A DNA stretch of 64,000 nucleotides. Source: Candidatus Latescibacterota bacterium. GTDB lineage: Bacteria > Latescibacterota > UBA2968. Position numbers and translations under genes: made by a program. Positions 9,997 to 19,052 of the stretch are shown in pieces (position 1 is the stretch's first letter; each line of letters opens with the position of its first letter). A model generated the notes under the pieces. It did not search any database and was not told the DNA's origin. It saw only the letters and a list, made by a program, of their open reading frames with translations. The stretch lies in the NCBI GenBank assembly GCA_965208125.1, contig OZ242320.1:960001-1024000 (forward strand), written 5' to 3'.

Positions 9997-11286
9997 ATGC
10001 CAGATCGTCCCAATATCCTCTTCATCATCACCGACCAGCAATACGCCGGGGCCATGTCCTGTGCGGGCAACCCCGATGTACACACCCCCAATATGGACAG
10101 CCTCGCCGAAACCGGTGTGCGATTCACCCGCGCCTATTGCACGCATCCCCTGTGCGGTCCTCAGCGCGCCAGCTATATGACGGGCCTCTATCCCCATCAA
10201 AACGGCGCCACGAGCAACGGCACACCGATCAAAGCCGAATACAAAGGCCAAACCCTCAGCAACTTTCTCAAAAACGCGGGCTACGATTGCGCCCTCTCGG
10301 GCAAATGGCACGTCCCCGGCACCACGCCAGAAGAAAGCGGCCTCGAAGTCATCTGCGGCAACCGCGACAACGAAGTGCCCCTCCGCGCCATCGAATTTAT
10401 GAAACGCGACCGCGACAACCCCTTCTTCCTCATCGCGTCATTCCTCAACCCCCACGACATCTGCCAGGTCGCCCGCAGTCAGCCGCTCCCGCAAGGACCC
10501 GTGCCAGAACCCGCAACCATAGAAGAATGCCCGAACCTGCCCGCGAACTTCGCCATCCCGCCCTATTCACCCGACATCCTGCAAATGCTGCGACAGGCCA
10601 ACCGCCGCGTCTATCCCACCATCGAATATACCGAAGACGACTGGCGACGCCTCCGCTTCCTCTATTACCGCCTGTGTGAAAAAGTCGATGCCGAAATCGG
10701 CGTCCTCCTCAACGGCTTGCGCGACCTGGACCTTGAAGAAGATACGTACATCGTCTTCACCTCAGATCACGGCGACGGACACGGCGCACACAACTGGAAT
10801 CAAAAAACCAGCCTCTACGAAGAAGTCATCAACATCCCATTCATCATCAGCCACACAGGCGTCACGCAACCCGGCGGCGTCAACGACACGCATCTCGTCT
10901 CCCTCGGCCTCGACCTCCTGCCCACATTGTGCGATATCGGCAGTGCGAGCACTCCCGATGGCCTCGACGGATTGAGCCTGCGGTCTCTCGCGGAAGGCAA
11001 CACATCCGGCGAATGGCGCGACGATCTCGTCGTCGAAACCATCATCGACCTCGGTTCTGGCCCAGGCGGCAGTGGTGCTTCGCGCGCCGTCCTCACCGAT
11101 CGCTACAAATACAGCGCCTTTCCCATGGGCCGCCACCGCGAACAACTCATCGACCTCCAGAACGACCCCGGCGAAATGGTCAACCTCGCTGTCAACGCGC
11201 GCTTCAAAAATGAACTCGACGACCATCGCCGCCGCCTGCGCGACTGGTGCGAAAAAACAAATGATAGGTCTTTTACAGGTGTATAG
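9997..11286 (+). CDS. Sulfatase (Cys-type)
   Basis: PNILFIITDQ, CGPQR signature, GKWH, SDHG. Confidence 0.93.
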   Translation: MPDRPNILFIITDQQYAGAMSCAGNPDVHTPNMDSLAETGVRFTRAYCTHPLCGPQRASYMTGLYPHQNGATSNGTPIKAEYKGQTLSNFLKNAGYDCALSGKWHVPGTTPEESGLEVICGNRDNEVPLRAIEFMKRDRDNPFFLIASFLNPHDICQVARSQPLPQGPVPEPATIEECPNLPANFAIPPYSPDILQMLRQANRRVYPTIEYTEDDWRRLRFLYYRLCEKVDAEIGVLLNGLRDLDLEEDTYIVFTSDHGDGHGAHNWNQKTSLYEEVINIPFIISHTGVTQPGGVNDTHLVSLGLDLLPTLCDIGSASTPDGLDGLSLRSLAEGNTSGEWRDDLVVETIIDLGSGPGGSGASRAVLTDRYKYSAFPMGRHREQLIDLQNDPGEMVNLAVNARFKNELDDHRRRLRDWCEKTNDRSFTGV

Positions 11287-11325
11287 TTTTATCGCTTAAA
11301 TCTTTACCTTAACAGGAGTTCCAAA

Positions 11326-12087
11326 ATGGCCGAGAACCTGCTCAAAAACAAACTCTCCAATGGCGGTGTTGCCATCGGACCTTTCGTCAACCTCAGCTCT
11401 GGCGCGCTCATCGAAATCGCGGCATATAGCGGATTTGACTTTGTCATCCTCGACACCGAACACGGGCCACTCGACATACCCACCTGCGAAGACCTCTGCC
11501 GCGTTGCACACGGCGTCGATATCACGCCCATTGTCAGAGTGCGAGAAAATGACCCCGCACAGATCCTGCGCGCCCTCGACATAGGCGCTGGCGGCGTACA
11601 GGTACCGCAAATCTGCAACAAAGCCGATGCCGAAGCCGTCGTGCGAGCAGCCAAATATTCACCGCTGGGCATGCGGGGTGTCTCGCCCTATACCCGAGCA
11701 GCCCGTTATTTTGCAGATGGTGGCGCCATCTTTGAACGCCTCAATGCCTCATCGATGATACTCATCCATATCGAAGGCGTGGAAGGTCTTGAAAACCTCG
11801 AAGAAATCATCTCCGTTCCAGGTCTCGACGTCATCTTCCTGGGACCTTATGACCTCTCGCAATCTCTCGGCATACCCGGCCAGGTCAACGACCCGCGCGT
11901 AGTTGACCGAATGCGCGAAGCCGCAAACTTAATCAACGACGCCGGACTCACCGTCGGCACATTTGCCGACTCTCCCGAAGCCGCCAACCGCTGGATCGAC
12001 GCGGGCGTGGGCTACATCTCGCTCTCCGTTGACACGGGCATCTACCTCTACGGCTGCCGCCACATCCTTCGAGAAATCCGAACCTGA
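11326..12087 (+). CDS. HpcH/HpaI aldolase family protein
   Basis: GFDFVILDTEHG, RALDIGAGGVQVP, YSPLGMRG, FLGPYDLS. Confidence 0.92.
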   Translation: MAENLLKNKLSNGGVAIGPFVNLSSGALIEIAAYSGFDFVILDTEHGPLDIPTCEDLCRVAHGVDITPIVRVRENDPAQILRALDIGAGGVQVPQICNKADAEAVVRAAKYSPLGMRGVSPYTRAARYFADGGAIFERLNASSMILIHIEGVEGLENLEEIISVPGLDVIFLGPYDLSQSLGIPGQVNDPRVVDRMREAANLINDAGLTVGTFADSPEAANRWIDAGVGYISLSVDTGIYLYGCRHILREIRT

Positions 12088-12109
12088 TCCATCATCGCAA
12101 AAAAAGAGA

Positions 12110-12140
12110 AAGGAGATACCGCCTGGTATCTCCTTATTTT
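12110..12140. terminator. Bidirectional intrinsic terminator
   Basis: AAGGAGATACC-GCCT-GGTATCTCCTT stem with A/T tracts on both sides. Confidence 0.75.
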
Positions 12141-12334
12141 CCATCATAAGCTCTCGGGGGTATCGTGAGTGCTGATGGCTTTATTTGCCTGCACAATAAT
12201 TTATAAAAAAAACAGTCAAGGGGAGACCTTGCTCCCGCGGTCCAATAGGTCAGACCTCTCGACTGTGCTGACAATTTTACTCAAAATCTATGTTCAATTC
12301 CCGTTTTCCAACGGGACGGGCTTTGGAAAATCGC

Positions 12335-12685
12335 TTAACCCTTGATGTAGGTCATAAAACTGAGGATAATAACCGCGACTGCAATGAGCAGAGACAACCA
12401 TTTTATGGTTTGCCCTTCCACGCGATTGATATCGCTTTTTAAATTGGTCTCCACGCGGTTAATATCGTTTTTTAAGGTACTTTCCAAGCGATTAAAGCCC
12501 GCGTTCATCTGGCTAATCAGTTGCTCAAAACGGTTGATCGTCTGATCTTCTATACGGTTAATATCTTTTGTGTTCTGTTCGGTCTGGTCGTCAAGCCCAA
12601 CCCCATTTTTTTCAATATTAATTAACCGCTGGTCTTGTTCGGCCACTTTCTTTTCAAGCCGTGCTATCTTCTCGGAATCTGTCAT
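12335..12685 (-). CDS. Coiled-coil protein with C-terminal TM helix (DUF1640/Bdr-like)
   Basis: Repeats KDINRIE/KNDINRVE/KSDINRVE followed by IKWLSLLIAVAVII anchor. Confidence 0.65.
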   Translation of the reverse strand: MTDSEKIARLEKKVAEQDQRLINIEKNGVGLDDQTEQNTKDINRIEDQTINRFEQLISQMNAGFNRLESTLKNDINRVETNLKSDINRVEGQTIKWLSLLIAVAVIILSFMTYIKG

Positions 12686-12698
12686 GACAATTCATCTT

Positions 12699-13043
12699 CT
12701 AATTAGACGCCTCATTTACGACAAATTGGTTCGATGCCGATGAATCGGCTGCTACTCTCTGAGTAGAAAGACCAAGGTAATCCAGAGCGTACTTGTAGCG
12801 GGGGCGTGACGATTTCTTCAACATAGGCAAAATATCTCTCTTTTTAAATGCCCAATAAATTTTCTCTGTCACCTTTTTATCTTCGTCCTGTGCCCGAACA
12901 ACACTTTGTAGAATGAACAGCAAAGCATCCAGATTCTGGTCTTCGTCATAAGTCTCCAGGGCGACATCAATATACTCATCTGCATACCTGGAATCTTTGA
13001 GTTTTGGCATCAGATAATCTTCAAAGGGAATAGCGGCTTTCAT
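12699..13043 (-). CDS. Addiction-module antidote-like (HI1420/HigA-type) protein with degenerate HTH; no cognate toxin seen
   Basis: FEDYL..KLKD..YA.EYI..ALE....D...LL..L..V..AQ pattern typical of this family. Confidence 0.6.
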   Translation of the reverse strand: MKAAIPFEDYLMPKLKDSRYADEYIDVALETYDEDQNLDALLFILQSVVRAQDEDKKVTEKIYWAFKKRDILPMLKKSSRPRYKYALDYLGLSTQRVAADSSASNQFVVNEASN

Positions 13044-13070
13044 AAAACACGCTCCTTATCCAATGCCTTA

Positions 13071-13391
13071 TTAAATCGGTGCTTGCAGTGCCTGGTTAGG
13101 CCATTTAAGTCGTTCTTCGGCATTCTCAATCGGCCAATTCACGATATCTATCCCCTCGCCTTTAGCCCAGGTCAACTCACGTTTGACCCATTCTGAACGC
13201 CGAGAATTTGGCGAATCAAAAAGAAGTACGCTCGAAGATTTGCGAAGAGCCTGACGAATTTGATCATCCATAGGTGTATCCAGATTGAGATGCTCGGAAT
13301 CAATCCACACATCGCGACCCATACCTGCCAACTGCTTTGTCACGTCATGGACAACTTCGGCGTCACGCCAGGAGTAACAGATAAATATCAT
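13071..13391 (-). CDS. Stand-alone TIR domain protein (TIR_2)
   Basis: IFICYSWRD, VWID, I..AL..S..VLL..SPNS..SEWVKRE with the catalytic Glu. Confidence 0.9.
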   Translation of the reverse strand: MIFICYSWRDAEVVHDVTKQLAGMGRDVWIDSEHLNLDTPMDDQIRQALRKSSSVLLFDSPNSRRSEWVKRELTWAKGEGIDIVNWPIENAEERLKWPNQALQAPI

Positions 13392-13493
13392 GCGTCACCA
13401 TCTTCCGTTTGCTGATGCTTGTGAACCAAGTAGTGACCATCTCCCTCTTCTGGGGATTTTATATAGCAGAGTGCCGAAAAGATCATAAAAGAA

Positions 13494-13524
13494 AAGGGCT
13501 ACTTCCATATTGGGAGTAGCCCTT
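13494..13524 (-). terminator. Intrinsic terminator after the 65-aa ORF
   Basis: AAGGGCTACTCCCA-ATA-TGGAAGTAGCCCTT followed by TTCTTTT on the minus strand. Confidence 0.75.
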
Positions 13525-13547
13525 CGGCTCTATGCGGGTAAAAGGAT

Positions 13548-13745
13548 TTACGGATCATTATCGCTTAGCCATCCACGTTTTCTATCTGCAATACACGCGG
13601 CAAGCGATATGATTAAAATAATTTGATCTTCCGTAAAATCTGAGTCCAGTAGTCTTTGTTTGAAAGAGTGAGAGCCTACGTGAACATCTGGAGAACCGAA
13701 TGTCTCAAGGGTTTTTATAATGTCTTCAACTTGTTCTCGATTCAT
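13548..13745 (-). CDS. Small hypothetical protein (phage-like)
   Basis: 65 aa; ATGA overlap with the upstream 47-aa ORF; followed by a terminator. Confidence 0.6.
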   Translation of the reverse strand: MNREQVEDIIKTLETFGSPDVHVGSHSFKQRLLDSDFTEDQIILIISLAACIADRKRGWLSDNDP

Positions 13746-13885
13746 TTTTTTCTTACCTCTCTTTTTCTATATAGCCGCTTAAACCTTTCTTTGTTTTGTT
13801 CGGTTTCTATTCGCCTTATGTCTTCTTCTACGGAACGAAATAAAGACTTGACTCCTACTTCCGTCACCTTCATCTTTAATTTCAT
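13742..13885 (-). CDS. Small basic hypothetical protein, 47 aa (below the track cutoff)
   Basis: MKLKMKVTEVGVKSLFRSVEEDIRRIETEQNKERFKRLYRKREVRKK; GGAAAGG RBS; stop overlaps the next start. Confidence 0.55.
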   Translation of the reverse strand: MKLKMKVTEVGVKSLFRSVEEDIRRIETEQNKERFKRLYRKREVRKK

Positions 13886-13958
13886 ATTCTACCTTTCCGT
13901 GGAGGATGGTGAATATCTGGCCCGGTAGCTCCTTACTACCGGGCTTTCTTTATGGGCA

Positions 13959-13987
13959 AATATATGAGAAGGGATGTGCCTTGTCAA
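13959..13987 (-). promoter_or_regulatory. Sigma70-type promoter of the two small ORFs
   Basis: TTGACA-17 bp-TATATT on the minus strand. Confidence 0.7.
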
Positions 13988-14105
13988 TCCCCAATAAGTG
14001 CCGAAAAGACTGGATGAAGTGGAGTTACCCCGTTTTAGATTACATCCTCTTTAGAAAGTTTATGTAGGTCCTGGAGTTACCCCGCTTGGGGGGTCCTGGT
14101 TAAAT

Positions 14106-14384
14106 ATGACAGAGTCCATACAGCGCATCTTGAAACGGCGAGGACTGGACGGACACTATCCCCAAACACCTGATCAAATCATCGACTGGTTGGAAGCCAC
14201 TGCTGCGGGATGGAATGTGCATCCAACGCCTTTCGAATGGGGTGGTAAAAGAGCAAAACGACGACAGCGTAGCAGAAACAGACGCTATGCCATAGGCGGA
14301 TCAAGGGCCTTCACCAGATCACCTTTGAGACGGTCTAAATCTGCACTATACCAATGGCAACGTGCATACCAAATGACCCACTAG
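14106..14384 (+). CDS. Hypothetical protein
   Basis: 92-aa ORF in the AT-rich islet; no recognised motif. Confidence 0.3.
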   Translation: MTESIQRILKRRGLDGHYPQTPDQIIDWLEATAAGWNVHPTPFEWGGKRAKRRQRSRNRRYAIGGSRAFTRSPLRRSKSALYQWQRAYQMTH

Positions 14385-15013
14385 AAATAACGGCAATAAC
14401 CAGGACCTACCAGGGCCAATCTTTCCAAAACCCTCTTTTCCCGTTTTTAGGCTTTTCATCACTCATAATGCAATCTCCTTCTCACGCTTTCCAGCACTCA
14501 TCAACAAAAATGGCTTCACTGTCTTCACCCTTTTTATTTTGCAAAATGCGTGCCTAAAATCGTTTTGAAAGTAAAAAAAGCACTTGAAGACGATCAAGTG
14601 GTTGAAAAACAAAGAGATAAATTTCAAAAATTATTGATGTTGCAAATGCGGCATTTATTTATAGGTACATACTACTGTATGCACCTATAAATGCCCAACC
14701 AAACAAAATATATATAAATACCTGATTCATATAAAGATAAACATAGTGCATCCCACAGGATACACTGCATACGGCAGGATGCATCTACGCAATGGCTATA
14801 TCAAACCCATTGGACACCATCACCCATCACATAATGCCAGCAGACGCAACCCCTCGCTTATCCTCGCCCGTCTGTCCTCTTTCTGTATTCCCTACGATTT
14901 TATCACATTCTAAACACGCCCTTCCCGTTTTCACATTTTCTATCACTCCCAACTACGGATAACTCGCCGTTGCCTTTCCATCTGCGTCTTATCTGCGTCC
15001 ATCTGCGGATAAC

Positions 15014-18000
15014 TTATAACACAATCTCCGCATCTGAATCCCCAGCGGCGAGGGCGTTCATCCATGCGAGGCAAAGATCGCGGGAAAGGTAGCGGTCATA
15101 ATCAGTAGTTTCCTGACGCTCGACAATGGGGAAGGTGGAATAAATGTAGCGAATGTCGTCTCGGTCAGTGATACCGTAAAGGTGAAAGAAAAGAGCGTCC
15201 AATTTGGCGCGGATGTGGAGGCGACGATTTTCGTCCCATTGGAAGGGTGGACCTTCGTAGCCGAGATCGCGGGCAAAGGGAGTCAGGTCGTGAGCAGTGT
15301 AGGTGAGTTCGAGGACAGCATCGCGGACAATTTCGGCGGCGATTTTGGAGCCGAAGCGGGTGGACTCGTATTGGTCGGGCGGGACGACGGGGAGTTGTTC
15401 GATGATGTACCAATTGAGATGCTGGCCTTGAACCTTCTGACGGGCGACATAATCGAAGGGAATCGCGTTCAAGTTTGCCAGAAGGAGTGATACAGCCATT
15501 GCGTATGCGTCGGGATTCTCTAATGGGAGCAACACAGGGAACGTATTACCAACGCCTGATTGCGGTATGATTGAGGCAATGACTGTTCGAACATTGGTAG
15601 GAGCCGTTACGTCTTTCCAACCAATCCACCATTCGCAATCCTCAGTCGGAATCTGAGAGCGAGCCACCCAAAACTGCGGATCGGGCAGCCAATCCACATT
15701 CTCATGTTGATCCAGTGTCGCCGGTACGGGCTGTGCAGGGCGATGTCGGTTCTCTAAGTTGACAACAATGTTGGCGGCTCGGTGGTCATAAGCTTGCACC
15801 ATCTTGCCCTCGTAAAGTGGGATCCACTCTCCGCTCGGACTGTTGAAGCGATTGCCTCCAAGGGGATATGCGCCTTCCTCATCTTCCAACTCCTCTCGCG
15901 TGCGGAACAGGTGCGAGTCATTGGTCATGTGAAACATCGTTGCGTATCTCACCGGCCAGGCCTTGGCTTCATCTCCAGAAGAACGATCCATCAGCACGGG
16001 CAGGCAGCGATAAATCGCGGTCGTCAGTTCCGCGTCTCTGCGAGAGCGAAAAATGGGTGCAGTGCCAGTGTTGGGATTAACGCTGGCAAAATCCTCTGCC
16101 GTTAGAGAGAAGCAGCTATTCACGTCTTCCAATTCCGAAACATCCTGAATAAAGAACGCGCAACGGGCAGGATCATCCGTTGGCGATGGACTCGCCACAA
16201 ACGCGCAGAACTTGAAACGGCTATCCACATCTGGAAAAAATGGTGGCGCAGTGTAGCGCGTGCGGCGATTCTCAAAATCGTACAACGCCCGCAACCGCCC
16301 CTCTGTCGCTACTGAGCGGAAAAACGGCGCGGCGGTCTTGTCAGAGGCAATGCCCGAAGGTGTCAGCAAGCCTACCACACCATCCTCTTTCACCAGTGCC
16401 ATTGCCCGCTCCACAAACAGCGAATACAGGTTAATATCGCCACGCGCCAAGAAGGGATAATCGCCCCATTTGCGCGCTACGCGAGCCGCAGACTTAGCGC
16501 GTTCATCTGCGCGTTCAAACTCAACGAATAGCGGATCGCCGGACTTCTGCAACGCCCCAATCATCCGCTTGCGATCTGCCGCACGTTGGGCACTGGCAAT
16601 TTCGGGCTGTCGCGCCGCAAACCACTCCACCTGTTGCAACTTCACCCTATCCCACGGCGGATTGCCGATCACCGCGTCAAAGCCGCCACGCGGTGTAGCA
16701 GATCGCCAATCTTGCCAAATGCCGGGAAACGCCACCTGCCAGTTCAGAAAGCCCTCTTGATCAATCTGTTCTCGTGCTTCAGCCAGCAATTCCACAAACC
16801 GCTCTGCCCCCGGCACATCCATCCTCACCTCAACCGTTCCCGCCGCAACCTCCACGGGATTGCCGAACCGGCTGTCAAAAAAAGCGCGCAGGGCAATCTT
16901 ATCCTCCTTCCTCCGCACATCCGACCAATCGAACGCGTGAATCAGCGACAAAAACGCATCTAATGGCTGTGTACCCGCCTGCATATCTGCAAACAATTCC
17001 GCAGACCGCCCGGCCTCCTCAATCTCCGCATCGGTCAATTCCTCAATCAACTGCATCGCCTGTGCAGCCCCCGTTGCCCGCTGTATTGGCTCATTCAAAA
17101 ACAGGGGACTACCCTCTTCCATAGCCTTATCTATACCCTGACTGACCCAGCACCCAAACAAACTATCGCCACACCGCAGATGATGATCCAAAAAACTCAG
17201 CGGCGCGCCCGCAGTGAATGAGTGCAGCCACAGCGACACCTTAGCCAATTCCACTGCCATCGGATTCTTATCTACCCCATAAACGCATCGTTTGAGCACC
17301 ATACGTCGCACAATATGCCGGTCATCGAGTTGCGCCACATCTATAGCCCACTCGCGCTGTTCGGCATTTTTCAAGATCGTCTGGCGAATAGCATCAATGC
17401 GCTCAGTCAGCGGCGAAACATAGCCCGTGCTATCTACTTCGGCCATTGCAGCAATCACATGGTCGGAAAGGTAATCCACCAAACTGACTAAAAAGTGACC
17501 CGATCCCATTGCCGGATCGCAAATTTTCAGATCAAGCAATTTCTCTGCTGGATCGACTTGCGCGAGAGCCTTCCGCTTAAATCCCTCGCTCACCTTACTG
17601 TGTGTAATTTCGTCAACCTGTTTGGCAAAAGCATCCATACGTGTCTGCACCAATGGCTCAACCGTCTCCTTGAGAATCAGGCGCACAAGGGCATCCGGCG
17701 TGTAGTAACTCCCCGACCCCTTCCGCGCAAACACATTCGGACGCACTAAAATCTCGCCCTCTTCGCGCACGACCTCGTGTTCGAGCAACCGCTCGTAAAT
17801 CGACCCGAGTTGTTCAACGCTCAGGTCGCGGTAATTGATATACCGTCCATTCTCAAATGAAAGCGCATCAATAACATCGGCCACCACCTGATCGCCCAGC
17901 TTAATCTGGGCCAAAAGGGGTGTAATTTTACGATCAAACAGACCGCCGTTATACGGTGGCAGACCAATGGAGGAATCCCCCTCATCAATAGCACGGCAAA

Positions 18001-19033
18001 GATCATCAATAGCCGAATAATAGCGTGCAGCAGTCTCGGAGAACACATCATCTCGTGCTTTCCGTCCCCCAATGTCATCGCGTACCCGGCGCAAACAGTA
18101 ATCATCATAACGATCATCGCGCACCGGCAGCAGGTTGCGATCCTCTGCATACAAAATAAAAAGCAGGCGATAGAGCAATATCAGGGCTGCATCGCGCACA
18201 TCCGACAAGGACACATCCGGCGCAACAGCAGCAATAGCACGAGCCAAATCGGGAAAAACCCGAGAAAAGACCACCCCGGATAGGCTATTCGCCACGCGCT
18301 CCTGATAGAACCGCCCCTCGTCAAGCACGCGCTGGTGAAAAGTACGCGCATCCTCCGCATCGGGCAGAAACGCATCTCGCCCGAAAAACAGCGCGAACAA
18401 CTTCAAACAATAGCGTCGATCATCCTCGGAGAACGCACTGCCATCAAAACCGAGTACCGCCGCGAGATCTATCTCAAAAAACTGCTCGGAAACAGACCGC
18501 GCCCCCTGATAATAAAGCCGCCACTGCGCGCCATTTGTGAGTATGCCCCATCGCAACTTGCCCTCAGTCAAATCATCCACCCGACGCAAATAGCGAAGCA
18601 TCTGTGTCGAAGGCGCCGTTACCTGCTGGGTAGAACGGCGATCAAGTGGCAACCTCCACCGCTTGGACTCCACAATTGCCAGCCCCCACTCGTAGCGTCT
18701 CCATTCCTCGGCAAAACCATTGGCACGCGCCTTGCGTGCATCGTCCTCAAACAAAAGGCCGTCAGGCACATCATCACGACCCTGAGGCGTCAAATTTTGT
18801 TGCCGCAGGTATGCTTTCCATCCGAGTTGGTTGAGGATAGGCCAGATCAAATCATCTTCAGTCTGGCTTTCATTGGGGTTCTGATCTATTGGGAAGGCAT
18901 TGAAGATATTTTGAAGTTCGGTCTCAAATACCGCCTCTTCATCCCATCTCTGCCATTCGACCATCTCCTGGACAGCATCTATGAGAAAATCGCTCGTGAA
19001 CAGACCTCCCTGTAACACGCGCCCAATATTCAT
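15014..19033 (-). CDS. Type IIG (Eco57I-like) fused restriction endonuclease / N6-adenine methyltransferase
   Basis: PD...ESK nuclease motif, ILTNG..WRLY, YNGGLF, GSYYTP, DPAMGSGHF (motif I), IGNPPW (motif IV), C-terminal TRD; start set at MNIGR to avoid overlap with gdhA. Confidence 0.93.
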   Translation of the reverse strand: MNIGRVLQGGLFTSDFLIDAVQEMVEWQRWDEEAVFETELQNIFNAFPIDQNPNESQTEDDLIWPILNQLGWKAYLRQQNLTPQGRDDVPDGLLFEDDARKARANGFAEEWRRYEWGLAIVESKRWRLPLDRRSTQQVTAPSTQMLRYLRRVDDLTEGKLRWGILTNGAQWRLYYQGARSVSEQFFEIDLAAVLGFDGSAFSEDDRRYCLKLFALFFGRDAFLPDAEDARTFHQRVLDEGRFYQERVANSLSGVVFSRVFPDLARAIAAVAPDVSLSDVRDAALILLYRLLFILYAEDRNLLPVRDDRYDDYCLRRVRDDIGGRKARDDVFSETAARYYSAIDDLCRAIDEGDSSIGLPPYNGGLFDRKITPLLAQIKLGDQVVADVIDALSFENGRYINYRDLSVEQLGSIYERLLEHEVVREEGEILVRPNVFARKGSGSYYTPDALVRLILKETVEPLVQTRMDAFAKQVDEITHSKVSEGFKRKALAQVDPAEKLLDLKICDPAMGSGHFLVSLVDYLSDHVIAAMAEVDSTGYVSPLTERIDAIRQTILKNAEQREWAIDVAQLDDRHIVRRMVLKRCVYGVDKNPMAVELAKVSLWLHSFTAGAPLSFLDHHLRCGDSLFGCWVSQGIDKAMEEGSPLFLNEPIQRATGAAQAMQLIEELTDAEIEEAGRSAELFADMQAGTQPLDAFLSLIHAFDWSDVRRKEDKIALRAFFDSRFGNPVEVAAGTVEVRMDVPGAERFVELLAEAREQIDQEGFLNWQVAFPGIWQDWRSATPRGGFDAVIGNPPWDRVKLQQVEWFAARQPEIASAQRAADRKRMIGALQKSGDPLFVEFERADERAKSAARVARKWGDYPFLARGDINLYSLFVERAMALVKEDGVVGLLTPSGIASDKTAAPFFRSVATEGRLRALYDFENRRTRYTAPPFFPDVDSRFKFCAFVASPSPTDDPARCAFFIQDVSELEDVNSCFSLTAEDFASVNPNTGTAPIFRSRRDAELTTAIYRCLPVLMDRSSGDEAKAWPVRYATMFHMTNDSHLFRTREELEDEEGAYPLGGNRFNSPSGEWIPLYEGKMVQAYDHRAANIVVNLENRHRPAQPVPATLDQHENVDWLPDPQFWVARSQIPTEDCEWWIGWKDVTAPTNVRTVIASIIPQSGVGNTFPVLLPLENPDAYAMAVSLLLANLNAIPFDYVARQKVQGQHLNWYIIEQLPVVPPDQYESTRFGSKIAAEIVRDAVLELTYTAHDLTPFARDLGYEGPPFQWDENRRLHIRAKLDALFFHLYGITDRDDIRYIYSTFPIVERQETTDYDRYLSRDLCLAWMNALAAGDSDAEIVL

Positions 19034-19052
19034 AGAATGATTTACATTCACA

